A DNA stretch of 64,000 nucleotides from an uncultured Opitutia bacterium (GCA_913049555.1 CAJWYM010000002.1:26142-90141); one strand, 5' to 3'; positions 1-10,585 are shown, counted from the first letter of the stretch. Made by a program: numbers and translations. Notes: generated from the letters alone by a model not told the origin.

Positions 1-135
1 ATCTTCTTAGGCAACTGGGAGAGACAACAACTGTTAAAAAAGAAAAAGCTTTTAGAAAAGAATGGAAATATCGGAATGAAATCGGATCCACTCCAAAAGA
101 GTTCTCTAAGCAAAAACCAATCCCTTAAACCATGA
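1..135 (+). CDS. 3' end of a CDS running off the left edge (last 44 aa, product unknown)
   Basis: Frame +1 is open from base 1 to TGA at 133-135 (ends ...KNQSLKP). Its stop overlaps the ATG of the next gene as ATGA (132-135), the same coupling seen at other junctions here. Too short to assign a function. Confidence 0.4.
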   Translation: MFLGNWERQQLLKKKKLLEKNGNIGMKSDPLQKSSLSKNQSLKP

Positions 136-1529
136 AGATTAAGTTTTTAATTTATTTTATTTTATCGATCTTTGGTCTCGGATCATTGAAATCTGAATCT
201 AAACCAAACATTATTTATATCAATGCTGATGATTTAGGTGTGATGGATGTTGGTTTTATGGGTAATAAGATCTATAAGACTCCAAATTTAGACCAGATGG
301 CGCGGGAAGGAATGGTTTTTACCAATGCCTATGCTCCAGCCGCTAATTGTGCTCCGAGTCGGGCAGCTTGTATGACCGGACAATATGCTTCCAGAACTGG
401 GGTTTACACGGTCAACACTTCGGAGCGTGGACCGGCCAAAGAGCGAAAACTGATCCCCACAAAGAATAACCTGTTCATATCGGAAGAGAATTTGACAATT
501 GCTGGGGCTTTAAAAGGTGCAGGATATACCACGGCTCAAATAGGAAAATGGCATGTGACCCATGACCCAACTAGGAATGGATTTGATGTCAATGTTGCGG
601 GTTCTCAAGTGGGGCATCCCAAGTCGTATTTCAGTCCCTATATAAACCTGGTGATTAGCGATGGCCCAAAGGGTGAATATTTAACAGATCGATTGACAGA
701 TGAATCTATCAAATTCATTACGAAAAATAAAAAAAATCCTTTTTTTCTATATTTGCCTTACTACACCGTTCACAAACCCCTGCAAGGGCGAAAAGACTTG
801 TTAGAAAAATACCAAGATATTAAAGGGGTGAATGCTCATTATGCTGCTATGATAGAAGCAATGGACGAAAATATTGGTCGTATATTAGCTCATTTGGAGA
901 AGCTAAATTTAAGAGAAAACACTTTGGTCCTATTCACCTCAGACAATGGTGCCATTCGGAGTATCAGTAATCAGTCTCCTCATCGAGGAGGAAAAGGCAC
1001 TTACTATGAGGGTGGGATTCGAGAGCCCTTGGTGATTCGATGGCCTGCAAAAGTAAAAGCGGGTTCTCGATGTGAGCTTCCCGTGTTCGGACTCGATTTT
1101 TTTCCTACATTTATTGAAGCTGCAAGGATTCAGTTGCCTCCAGAAAAAATATTGGACGGGATTAGCTTAATGCCGGTCTTGACTCAATCCTCATCCCCAG
1201 TGGATCGAGCTCTTTTTTGGCATTATCCTATTTATTTGCAGGCTTACAAAAAAGGGGAAGATGGAAGTCGTGATCCATTGTTTCGAACCCGCCCGGGTTC
1301 TTCCATGCGATACAAACAATGGAAATTACACGAATTTTTTGAAGATGGATGCTTTGAGTTGTACAATCTTACAGAGGATCCGGGAGAATCAAAAAATCTT
1401 GTGGACTTAGAAGTGGATACATTTAAATCATTGAAGAAACAACTTCTCGAGTGGCGAAATCGTTTGGATTGTCCAGTCCCTAAAAAGTTAAATCCGAAAT
1501 ACGACCCATCCATTTCAAAAGTGTATTGA
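132..1529 (+). CDS. Cys-type sulfatase (S1 / arylsulfatase A-like), secreted
   Basis: 465-aa ORF with an N-terminal hydrophobic signal-like segment. Contains NIIYINADDLG, the formylglycine signature CAPSRAACMTG, GKWH and SDNG blocks. Confidence 0.9.
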   Translation: MKIKFLIYFILSIFGLGSLKSESKPNIIYINADDLGVMDVGFMGNKIYKTPNLDQMAREGMVFTNAYAPAANCAPSRAACMTGQYASRTGVYTVNTSERGPAKERKLIPTKNNLFISEENLTIAGALKGAGYTTAQIGKWHVTHDPTRNGFDVNVAGSQVGHPKSYFSPYINLVISDGPKGEYLTDRLTDESIKFITKNKKNPFFLYLPYYTVHKPLQGRKDLLEKYQDIKGVNAHYAAMIEAMDENIGRILAHLEKLNLRENTLVLFTSDNGAIRSISNQSPHRGGKGTYYEGGIREPLVIRWPAKVKAGSRCELPVFGLDFFPTFIEAARIQLPPEKILDGISLMPVLTQSSSPVDRALFWHYPIYLQAYKKGEDGSRDPLFRTRPGSSMRYKQWKLHEFFEDGCFELYNLTEDPGESKNLVDLEVDTFKSLKKQLLEWRNRLDCPVPKKLNPKYDPSISKVY

Positions 1530-1845
1530 ATTTGGAAGAGGCATTGGATCCAAAAATTTAATTGGACACATTGCGCTTTAATATTTTTGCTTGAAACTCA
1601 TTTTTCATTGCATCTTTCAGGCGGAACGGAACGGATTGGATTTTTTAGTTCTTGGTGCGAGCAAAGAAACCAATGTGTCTATTCTTTGGATTCTGGTGAA
1701 CCAACAAAATTGAATGATTCAGCCTTTTTATGAAATTCCAATTCTCATTCAGAATAGCTTGTTCTTATTTTCGAGAATTTAACAGTGAGTGTTTCGCTTA
1801 CATAAATGAGTTCGCTTTTTTTAATGGAAACCAGTTTATACTATT

Positions 1846-3408
1846 ATGAAAATACTCTTATTGATCTTCAATTTTGCAATCCTATCTACAATGTTTGCTG
1901 AAGTGACTTTGGCACCAATTTTCTCCTCCAACATGCTTTTGCAACGAAATGTTGAAATCCCTTTGCGAGGATTGGCTCAGAACGAAAAAACAGTTCTAGT
2001 TTCTTTCAATGGCCAAGAATACCAAGCGAATGTTGAAGAGAATAAATGGTCACTGAATTTACCCCCTATGAAAGCTGGAGGAGACTACACAATTGTTGTC
2101 AAAGGTTCTAATACAATCACTCTAAAGAAGGTCACATTTGGGGATGTTTGGCTTTGTGCAGGTCAGTCCAATATGGACAGTGCAATTGAAACGTATAAGA
2201 AAAAGTTTCCAGAGCTTTATGAAGGACATCCAGTTGTGGAACACGATCAGATCCGGATATTTCGAGCGGCGCGAGTTCGAATGGATGAACCTCAAGAATT
2301 TATTGAGCGTGAGCATCGTTTTGCCGATGGTTGGTATCGAATTACAAAAAAAACTAGAACAAGATTGTTCAGTGCGACCGCTTATTTTTTCGGGCTACAT
2401 TTGACCGAAAAGGTCGACGTTCCAATTGGATTGATTCAATCTTGTCGGGGAGGTACGCCTATTCAAGCTTGGTTGCCGGAGGGGGTTTTAGAAAGTCATG
2501 CAAAATATACCCATATTTTAGAAGAGCATCAAAGAGCGGTTTCAGCATGGCCTGAAGAAAAAATTAAATTACAAAAAAAAATTAAAGAATGGGAGGCGAA
2601 AAAAGCTGCTGGTAAAAAGGCTGGATGGAAGCCAGAGGCAGACAAAGGTCCAGAAAGTAAAAACCGACCTTATGCGCTTCATAATGGTATGATCGCACCC
2701 CTTTACAAATTACCTATTAAGGGAGTTCTATGGTATCAGGGAGAGGGAAGTGTAATGTCTAGGGAGCGAGCCCTTCAATATGAGGACCTTCTCAAAGATT
2801 TGGTCAAAAGTTGGAGAGAAAAATGGCAAAATGAAAACATGCCTTTTTTAGTCGTTCAGCTTCCTGGGTTAGGAAAGATTTCAAAAAAACCTAGAATGAC
2901 AGAAAATCGTCCTTGGACTCGAGAATCCCAAAAGAAAATTGAAGCATTCAACCATTGCAAGACTGTTTGCATAGTGGACAGTGGGATGCAACAGGACAAT
3001 CATCCACCTTATAAAGAGAATGTAGGAAAAAGATTGGCTTATGCAGCCCTTCAAATGGTCTATGACCAGAAAGATTCTCCATTATCTCCCGAATATCTAT
3101 CTCATGAATCCAGTGAGGACTCTACAATCATTACCTTTAAAAATTGTGGATCTGGGCTGATTCTTAAAAAACCTCTAATTACCGACAATGCAAAGAAAGA
3201 GGGCGAAGTTTTGTCTTTTCTGGCAATGGATGCATCTGGAGAATTTAGAAGAGTCCAAGCGAGTATTTTCTCTGACAACCAAATAAAGGTTCTTCATCCT
3301 GAGATTCCAATGCCCAAAGCTTTTCGTTATGCTTGGGAGGGATTTCCCAATGTCAATTTATTTGGGCCTAATGATATGCCCGTTTTCCCATTTCGAACGG
3401 ATGGTTAG
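1846..3408 (+). CDS. Sialate O-acetylesterase-like SGNH carbohydrate esterase, secreted
   Basis: 520-aa ORF with a signal-like N-terminus. Contains the WLCAGQSNM catalytic-Ser block, VLWYQGE and a late DNHP Asp/His block, all typical of 9-O-acetylesterase-type proteins. Confidence 0.8.
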   Translation: MKILLLIFNFAILSTMFAEVTLAPIFSSNMLLQRNVEIPLRGLAQNEKTVLVSFNGQEYQANVEENKWSLNLPPMKAGGDYTIVVKGSNTITLKKVTFGDVWLCAGQSNMDSAIETYKKKFPELYEGHPVVEHDQIRIFRAARVRMDEPQEFIEREHRFADGWYRITKKTRTRLFSATAYFFGLHLTEKVDVPIGLIQSCRGGTPIQAWLPEGVLESHAKYTHILEEHQRAVSAWPEEKIKLQKKIKEWEAKKAAGKKAGWKPEADKGPESKNRPYALHNGMIAPLYKLPIKGVLWYQGEGSVMSRERALQYEDLLKDLVKSWREKWQNENMPFLVVQLPGLGKISKKPRMTENRPWTRESQKKIEAFNHCKTVCIVDSGMQQDNHPPYKENVGKRLAYAALQMVYDQKDSPLSPEYLSHESSEDSTIITFKNCGSGLILKKPLITDNAKKEGEVLSFLAMDASGEFRRVQASIFSDNQIKVLHPEIPMPKAFRYAWEGFPNVNLFGPNDMPVFPFRTDG

Positions 3409-3471
3409 ATAAAAAAATTCTAATTTTAATAAAAGTGTTTCGATTCGGGATTTTCCCTCGCTCTTTTTTAT

Positions 3472-6156
3472 ATGAGAACCTTATTAATAATTATAATATC
3501 CGCTATGACTCAATATTTGATAGGATACACCCCAGAATTTTCAACCGCAGGTTTTTATCAAACCGATTCTAAGGTTCGAGAAGCTTCCAGTTTCAATGTC
3601 GGATGGCGGTTCATAAAAAAAGAGGTTCAAAATGCTGAAACTTTAGATTTTAATGATCAAAGTTGGAGTTTAGTCAATTTACCAGATGGGATGGAATTAT
3701 TGCCATTGACTGCCAGCGGAGGGGCTAATTATCAAGGCCCTAGTTGGTATCGGAAGCGTTTTCTTGTCGAAGAATCTCTAGAAGGTAAAAAAGTAATGAT
3801 TCATTTTGAAGGAATCATGGGGAAATCCAAAATTTGGATCAATGGAGAACTGGTAAAAGAAAACTTTGGAAGTTATTATCCAATCCATATCGACGTGACC
3901 CAATTTCTAAAATATGGAGAGGAAAACTTAATTGCCGTCCGAGCTGACAATAGCAATGACCCATCTTATCCTCCTGGAAAACCGCAAGAGACCTTGGATT
4001 TTACTTACTTCGGCGGAATTTATCGAGATGCTTGGTTTATTGTCCACAACAAAACCTATGTAACCAACCCTCTGGGTGTGGACAAGGTAGCCGGAGGCGG
4101 AGTTTTTGTCCATTACGAAAAGGTGTCTGAAAAGTCTGCAGAAGTTTTTATCAATATTGATGTTGCGAATGAGGGAAGTCCCAAAAAAGTGCAAGTAGAA
4201 TTTTATCTGGAAGATCGGGATGGAACAATTCCCGCTAGAAAAGAGGTGACTTTTAATCTCCCTTCTATGGATTCGAAAAGCGCATCCTTATCTTGTAAAT
4301 TAATAGATCCAAAGCTTTGGAGTCCAGATGACCCACACTTGTACAATCTTTATGTTCATGTTAAAGATGAATCCAATGTCCTCGTAGATAGTTTCCGCAA
4401 AAAAATCGGGGTTCGATCAATTGAGATGAAAGGCCCAGACGGATTCTTCCTCAATGGGAAAAAGTATCCTGAAAAGCTCATGGGAGCGAATCGTCACCAA
4501 GATTTTGCACATATTGGTCATGCACTTCCCAACAATCTTCATTATCGTGATGCTTTAAAATTGCGACAAGTTGGAATGCGAGTGGTTCGTTCTGCTCACT
4601 ATATTCAAGATCCTGCATTTATGGATGCATGCGATGAGTTAGGTCTTTTTATGGTAACCGCGATACCTGGATGGCAATTCTGGAATGAGGATCCCATTTT
4701 TATGGAAAGAATGGTGCAGGATGTAAGAAAACTGGTTCGATTAGAAAGAAACCGACCTTCTATTCTCCTTTGGGAAACGATCCCTAATGAAACCCATTTT
4801 CCTGAAGAGTTTGCTATTCTTTCTGCGAAAGCGACCGATGAGGAATACCCTTATCCTGGATGCTACACCGCAACCGATGGTAGAAAACACCGCTCCAGTG
4901 CCCAAAAATATTTTGATGTTCTATACGCTAATGATCAAGTTCCTGATCACCCCGAGAAATCTACTTTCAAGCGAGAATGGGGAGACTTTGTTGACAATTG
5001 GGTCGATCATAATTCTGTCAGTCGTGTAGCCAAACAATGGGGAGAGGGCCCTCAAATTCGCCAATCCATGCATTATTTCTGTGAGGAATGGACGGATGGA
5101 GAGATCGATCGAGAGTGGCCCTCTCTAACCATGGTTTATGGTTCCAGTGATTCCATGTTTGGCGGCACCTTATGGCATTCTTTTGATCACCAAAGGGGGT
5201 ATCATCCAGATCCATTCTGGGGTGGGATTATGGATGCCTACCGACAACCAAAATTTTCCTATTACCTTTTCAAAAGTTTACTTCCTACTCATGGATTGGA
5301 AAATGTTCCTTTGGTGGAAGCAAAGCCTTTTGTATATATCGCCCATCTAATGACTCCTTTTTCACCTGAAGATGTCGTTGTTTTTACAAATTGCGACTCA
5401 GTAAAATTATCTTTATACGGACAAGAGATGGGGACTATGAATGCCACAGATAAAGAAAGTCCTGTTCCTAAAGTACCCGTAATTTTTAAAGATGTTTTTC
5501 GCTATGTCGATGCTCGCAATAAAAACAAAAAAGCCTACGGCAAGATCGATCAAGAATTTGTCGAAAACGCAAGAATGAAGGCTGAAGGTATTATTGACGG
5601 AAAAGTAGTCACTGAGCATATTCGCTGGCCAGTTGGGAGGAAAAGGCGCTTGGTTTTAAAAGTCGACGATTCTAATATTCAACCGATTGCCGATGGGAGT
5701 GATATTACAACCGTGGTTGCCTACTTAGTAGATGCAGGGGGAGCTGTGAAGAGATTGAGTGATGAACAGGTTCGTTTCAAAGTCGAGGGGAATGGACATT
5801 TGATCGGTGGTGAGTTGAATGGTATCAATCCTCAAAAATTGCAGTGGGGAGAATCTGTGGCTCTAATCCGATCTACTTTGGAAGCAGGAAAAATCCGAGT
5901 GAGGGCTGAGGTGATAAAAGAGGCTTTGAATGGTCCAGATCCTGCAGAGATCGAATTTGCAACCCTTGCCCCTTCTAGATCCTCTAAATACATTGAAATT
6001 CCTACCTATGAGAAGGAAATTCAGAAAACTCAAGAAATCGTAGATGAAAGTGAAGAATTAAAATCGCTTCGAGATCAATTACGCGCTACTCAAAAACAGT
6101 TGCAAGAGTATAGAATTAATGAGGTGGGGCAACAGCAACAAGATTTTATACAATAG
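3472..6156 (+). CDS. Glycoside hydrolase family 2 (beta-galactosidase/glucuronidase-like) with a C-terminal coiled-coil tail
   Basis: 894-aa ORF. GH2-type blocks present: GWRF...QSW, SWYRKRF, GGIYRDAW, RSAHY, and LLWETIPNE (acid/base NE). The last ~55 aa are K/E/Q-rich and heptad-like. Confidence 0.8.
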   Translation: MRTLLIIIISAMTQYLIGYTPEFSTAGFYQTDSKVREASSFNVGWRFIKKEVQNAETLDFNDQSWSLVNLPDGMELLPLTASGGANYQGPSWYRKRFLVEESLEGKKVMIHFEGIMGKSKIWINGELVKENFGSYYPIHIDVTQFLKYGEENLIAVRADNSNDPSYPPGKPQETLDFTYFGGIYRDAWFIVHNKTYVTNPLGVDKVAGGGVFVHYEKVSEKSAEVFINIDVANEGSPKKVQVEFYLEDRDGTIPARKEVTFNLPSMDSKSASLSCKLIDPKLWSPDDPHLYNLYVHVKDESNVLVDSFRKKIGVRSIEMKGPDGFFLNGKKYPEKLMGANRHQDFAHIGHALPNNLHYRDALKLRQVGMRVVRSAHYIQDPAFMDACDELGLFMVTAIPGWQFWNEDPIFMERMVQDVRKLVRLERNRPSILLWETIPNETHFPEEFAILSAKATDEEYPYPGCYTATDGRKHRSSAQKYFDVLYANDQVPDHPEKSTFKREWGDFVDNWVDHNSVSRVAKQWGEGPQIRQSMHYFCEEWTDGEIDREWPSLTMVYGSSDSMFGGTLWHSFDHQRGYHPDPFWGGIMDAYRQPKFSYYLFKSLLPTHGLENVPLVEAKPFVYIAHLMTPFSPEDVVVFTNCDSVKLSLYGQEMGTMNATDKESPVPKVPVIFKDVFRYVDARNKNKKAYGKIDQEFVENARMKAEGIIDGKVVTEHIRWPVGRKRRLVLKVDDSNIQPIADGSDITTVVAYLVDAGGAVKRLSDEQVRFKVEGNGHLIGGELNGINPQKLQWGESVALIRSTLEAGKIRVRAEVIKEALNGPDPAEIEFATLAPSRSSKYIEIPTYEKEIQKTQEIVDESEELKSLRDQLRATQKQLQEYRINEVGQQQQDFIQ

Positions 6157-6170
6157 CACTTAAAATAGAG

Positions 6171-7742
6171 ATGAATAAGATTTTATCTGTTCTCGTTTTA
6201 ATTGTTAGCAATCTACTTTTTGCGGATCAAAAACCGAATGCAATCGTCATAATAGCCGATGATTTGGGATACGCAGATATGGCATTTTTAGACCAAGCAC
6301 CTGAGGATGTTAAAAAATTTGGAACCCCTGGATTTGATAAATTAGCAAAAACTGGCCTTTATTTTAAAAATGCCTATGGCACTTCACCCATCTGTAGTCC
6401 CTCTCGTGCTGGAATGATTACGGGTCGCTACCAACAAAGATGGGGAAATTACAGTTACAATGAGGGAGGTTTGCCCTTGAATGAAATCACTATTCCGGAG
6501 GCCTTGTTGAAATTGGGATACAAAACCGCTAAATTCGGTAAAACGCATTTGAATGGAGGCCCTAAAAAGTATCCTAGTCTTCACGGCTTTGAGGAATCTT
6601 TAGGCTTTATGTTTCACACATGGGACTACATACGTCTGAGTCAAAAAGATGAAAATGCCTACAAAAAAAGAGCAGGACACAAAGGATGGGTTGGGTGTCA
6701 AGTGGTGGGTCCTCTTCTTCGGTCCAGATCTTTAGGGACTGCTGCTAATGAGCATGAGAAAGTTTCTTATGAAAATAGTTTTACAACAAAGATTTTTACA
6801 GATGAAGCGGTACGTTTTATAAAAAGCGAAAAATCCAACAAACCTTTTTACCTTCACATTTCTCACAATGCTGTTCATATGCCCACCTATGTGGTAGACA
6901 AGGAATGGGCTGAGAAAGTAGGCTTGGATTATGTCGCATGGGATCGCGATTCTAGTCAATGGAACTTCCCATATTGGGAACCCAATCAAGAGACCCATCA
7001 AGTATTTCACAAAAAATGGGGACATTTAGGGGAGGTAGATAAGAATGGAAGAAGGGCTTATTTGTCACACCTACTAGCTTTAGATTACAGTGTTTGGAAA
7101 GTGCTGAAAGCACTTGAGGATTCTGGACAAAGAGAAAACACCGTCGTATTTTTCATCTCTGATAATGGAGGAACAATCAACACCTTTGCCAACAATGCTC
7201 CTCTTACAGGCTTTAAATACATGCTGGGAGAGGGAGGGATCAGAGTGCCCTTTATGGTTTCTATGCCTGGGACTTTACCGGAAAATAAAACGGTCGACAA
7301 ACCCCTGGTATCCACAATGGATATTTTTCCAACACTCTTGGATTTAGCAAAGCAAGAAATTCCTGAAGATTTAGATGGAAAGAGCTTGCTTCCTTTAATT
7401 TTAGGAGAGGTTGAAAAGCACCATGATTCTTTGGCTTGGGCTCTGAATAGAAATCGCTGGGCTTTCCGGATGGGTAAGTGGAAGTTGACTCAAAATGCAG
7501 GGTGGAAGCACAGCAATTATAAACTCTTAGAAAATGGGGATGCGGTTCGAAATCCAGAGATATTTGTATATTCCAACGAACCGCAGCTTTTTAACTTGGA
7601 AGAAGATATATCAGAAACGACGAATCTCTTAGAAAAGTTTCCAGAAATTGTAAAAGAAATTCGGAATAGGTTTGAAGACTGGGATCGACAAATGTCAGGC
7701 CCACTCACCTCAGAGGGAAAACCAAAAAACAAAAAAATATGA
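6171..7742 (+). CDS. Cys-type sulfatase, secreted
   Basis: 523-aa ORF with a signal-like N-terminus. Contains AIVIIADDLGYAD, CSPSRAGMITG, GKTH and SDNGG. Confidence 0.9.
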   Translation: MNKILSVLVLIVSNLLFADQKPNAIVIIADDLGYADMAFLDQAPEDVKKFGTPGFDKLAKTGLYFKNAYGTSPICSPSRAGMITGRYQQRWGNYSYNEGGLPLNEITIPEALLKLGYKTAKFGKTHLNGGPKKYPSLHGFEESLGFMFHTWDYIRLSQKDENAYKKRAGHKGWVGCQVVGPLLRSRSLGTAANEHEKVSYENSFTTKIFTDEAVRFIKSEKSNKPFYLHISHNAVHMPTYVVDKEWAEKVGLDYVAWDRDSSQWNFPYWEPNQETHQVFHKKWGHLGEVDKNGRRAYLSHLLALDYSVWKVLKALEDSGQRENTVVFFISDNGGTINTFANNAPLTGFKYMLGEGGIRVPFMVSMPGTLPENKTVDKPLVSTMDIFPTLLDLAKQEIPEDLDGKSLLPLILGEVEKHHDSLAWALNRNRWAFRMGKWKLTQNAGWKHSNYKLLENGDAVRNPEIFVYSNEPQLFNLEEDISETTNLLEKFPEIVKEIRNRFEDWDRQMSGPLTSEGKPKNKKI

Positions 7743-9127
7743 AAGATTTATATAAACTCTATGCGATCGGCTTTTTTAAGATTTTCTTTTTATTCTCAGC
7801 CCTTTCTGCAGAGTCTATCCCTTCTTTTTCTACTGGAGTTAAAATCGGAGAAGTTTCTGAAAATTCAGCAATCGTATGGACTCGATTGACTTCTGTATCC
7901 TCTCCGGATTTTGACAACCTCAACTCTGCTCCTGGATCGAGGGGTTCCGTTCAAGTGAGTTATTGGGTTCAAAATTTAGAGAAAAATCAAATCTTATTAG
8001 ACCCTGTAGTCGTCGATGAAGCAGCCGATTTTACAAGTCAAATTCATTTAAAAGCTTTGACTCCAAACACTCATTATTCTTTACAGCTTTCTGCATTCTC
8101 AACAGAGGGCTCACCTGGAGAGACGATTCGGGCTTCATTTAAAACGGCTCCTGCTCAGGATCAAGTAGCAGATGTTTGTGCGGTCGTGGTTACTTGTCAG
8201 GGACATGAGACGATCGATAAACCCAAAAAAGGCCATTGGGCCTATTCGCACATGCGCAGGCAAGACCCTGATTTTTTTATTCACACTGGAGATGTTGTTT
8301 ATTATGACCGATGGGAGGCAATGCCCCTTTCCAAAAATAAGACTCAAGCGAGGCAGCGATGGAACAAAATGTTTTCTTATGCCTGGAATCAAGAATTCCA
8401 CAAGCAAGTAAGCTCCTATTTCATGAAAGATGATCACGACACTCTGAAAAATGATTGTTGGCCTGGCCAAGTATATGGAGAGCTCACTTGGGACGACGGG
8501 CTTCAACTTTTCAAAGAACAAACTCCTCAAGGTCCATTGCCATATAGAAAAGTAAGATGGGGAAAAGATCTTGAGTTTTGGATGATGGAGGGTAGAGATT
8601 TCCGTTCCGCAAATACGATTCCTGATAGTCCGAATAAAACCATTTTAGGAAAAGCACAAAAAGAGTGGTTGAAAAAGACGGTTCTGGAATCTGACGCCAC
8701 CTTTAAATTGATTGTCTTCCCATCTCCGGTGGTTGGGCCCGATAAAAAAGGGAAGAGCGACAATCATTCAAATCTGGGGTTTAAAAATGAAGGGGATGAA
8801 TTGAGACAATTTATTGCCAGTATTCCGAATGCATTTGTAGTTTGTGGGGACAGGCATTGGCAATATGCCTCCAAAGATCCTGAAACTGGTTTGACTGAAA
8901 TCTGTTGTGGGCCTATCAACAACGCTCATTCTAAAAGAGGGGGCAATGCAAACGGGAATCCTGATTATCATCTTTACTATGGAGGCGGAAAAGGAGGTTA
9001 CCTTCGATTGAATATAAAGAGAGAGAATGGGACCCCTAAAATCCATTTTGTTTGGCATGGAGACATCACAACAAACGGTAAGATAAACCATGAGTTGAGC
9101 TTTTTGGCGAAGTCAGCCAATCCTTAG
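7739..9127 (+). CDS. PhoD-like metallophosphatase, secreted
   Basis: 462-aa ORF whose start overlaps the upstream stop (ATGA at 7739-7742). It has a signal-like N-terminus. Metallophosphoesterase blocks present: HTGDVVYYD, KDDHD, VCGDRHWQY. The N-terminal GVKIGEVSENSAIVWTRL resembles the PhoD N-domain. Confidence 0.75.
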   Translation: MKDLYKLYAIGFFKIFFLFSALSAESIPSFSTGVKIGEVSENSAIVWTRLTSVSSPDFDNLNSAPGSRGSVQVSYWVQNLEKNQILLDPVVVDEAADFTSQIHLKALTPNTHYSLQLSAFSTEGSPGETIRASFKTAPAQDQVADVCAVVVTCQGHETIDKPKKGHWAYSHMRRQDPDFFIHTGDVVYYDRWEAMPLSKNKTQARQRWNKMFSYAWNQEFHKQVSSYFMKDDHDTLKNDCWPGQVYGELTWDDGLQLFKEQTPQGPLPYRKVRWGKDLEFWMMEGRDFRSANTIPDSPNKTILGKAQKEWLKKTVLESDATFKLIVFPSPVVGPDKKGKSDNHSNLGFKNEGDELRQFIASIPNAFVVCGDRHWQYASKDPETGLTEICCGPINNAHSKRGGNANGNPDYHLYYGGGKGGYLRLNIKRENGTPKIHFVWHGDITTNGKINHELSFLAKSANP

Positions 9128-9904
9128 GAAATTTCCATTTTTCAAACCGCATGGATCGTGAGCCGCTACTTATGAAATTATTAAAGTTAGTGGGCACTGT
9201 AAAACTTCATTTTGATTTTTTACTAAAATAAGTTTTAGAACGATTTTTTATAAAAAACATTTTCTAACAATCGATGAGAAAAATTGTTTTGATGATTTTG
9301 ACCGATTGCTTGATCTAATTGGGTGTTATTTGAATGGAGGGGTCTCCTGAAGATTCAATACTTTAATGTAGAAAATTTTTTGTTTGGATATAGGACAATG
9401 ATATAAATGCTCTAGCGTTGGTAGAAAAATGGATTGATTTGAATTTATTCAATTACAAACCGAAGCCGGGATTTTTTTAAAATAGTATATCTAGATTAGT
9501 TATTGCAGTGTATTCTGATTTTTGAAATATAGATATTTTTAATTTTTATTCAGTTTTTAAACATTATTAATTAAACGCTCTAGTAGAGTGTTTTAAATAA
9601 GAATTAATACATTTTAATTCTACGTCCCACTCTCAGTCACTTATTTTTAAAGTCATAATTAGATGAATGCTGAAGGTCCATAAAAAGAATGAGCACATAA
9701 AATCTAAAAAATAAAACGAATAATCCATTCATTTTTTCCATTTTTGAACTATCTTTACCAGTCTTCTATGCACTCAACCATCAAACATTTAAAATGAATC
9801 CTTACAAATGCCTTTATTTGGAATCGATCTTCGTCCATTACAATAGGATTATGATTCATCGATCAAATGGGGACTTTTTTAAATCCAACTAGAAACGTTT
9901 TTTA

Positions 9905-10351
9905 ATGCGAATCTCTCTCTTCTTTTTGTCATTATTGATTCTATCAAAGTCACTCTTTGCCTTGTCTCTATCAAGTAATGATAAAGAGAAGCGTTTATAT
10001 TCTTGGGAATTTTTAAAGAGTAAAATAAAAAACAATGAAATTCACTTTGAATTAAAGGATCGTTTGCCTGCGGATATATTGGATCCAGAGTTAAAAATCA
10101 TCACTAAAAAGGGAAAATCATTGTTGATCAATATTCAAAAAGTTTCTCCAAAATACATTTATTTTGTCTTTGAAAACAAATCAAGAAAACTTAGGTTGAA
10201 AGATTTATCAGAAAAGTATGAGATTTTGTTTGATACACTCACTAGAAGAATGCCCACAAACACCAAAGCTTATCAATATGATTTTGGATTTTGTCCCAAC
10301 GAAGACGACAGTGAATTGTTATCTAAATACTTAAACTCTTCTTCCATGTAA
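9905..10351 (+). CDS. Hypothetical secreted protein
   Basis: 148-aa ORF with a clear signal-like N-terminus (MRISLFFLSLLILSKSLFA). No recognisable motif. It is isolated between long AT-rich spacers. Confidence 0.45.
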   Translation: MRISLFFLSLLILSKSLFALSLSSNDKEKRLYSWEFLKSKIKNNEIHFELKDRLPADILDPELKIITKKGKSLLINIQKVSPKYIYFVFENKSRKLRLKDLSEKYEILFDTLTRRMPTNTKAYQYDFGFCPNEDDSELLSKYLNSSSM

Positions 10352-10585
10352 CTTATACAAGATCCTTCTAATTGGAACTACTCTTTTTTTTCAGCAGTTT
10401 GGTGCCTAAAATGATGATCTATATTAAAGAATCAAAGGATATGGATGAAATTTTAAACGCACCTCTGGCATGCTAATAACAATCAAGCCCTAAAAAATAA
10501 AAGTCCCAAAAAGATAGTTAAAAAGGATAGTTAAAATACTATTATTGGTTGAGAAAATTGATTTATAATTTTGGCAGATTTTGTT

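Noticed and set aside
1623-1635. Micro tandem repeats GGAACGGAACGGA (and CGCAACGCAACGC at 47561-47573)
   Set aside because: There are only about 2.5 copies of a 5-mer. This is below anything interpretable as a functional repeat or a slippage tract.
8135-8530. 131-aa minus-strand ORF, plus other 60-107-aa ORFs overlapping 7739-9127
   Set aside because: They are antisense or out of frame within the PhoD-like gene, which carries clear metallophosphatase motifs. They are most likely shadow ORFs.
10509-10535. Direct repeat AAAAAGATAGTT / AAAAAGGATAGTT downstream of aroG
   Set aside because: It is short, imperfect and AT-rich with no associated structure. It is plausibly chance.
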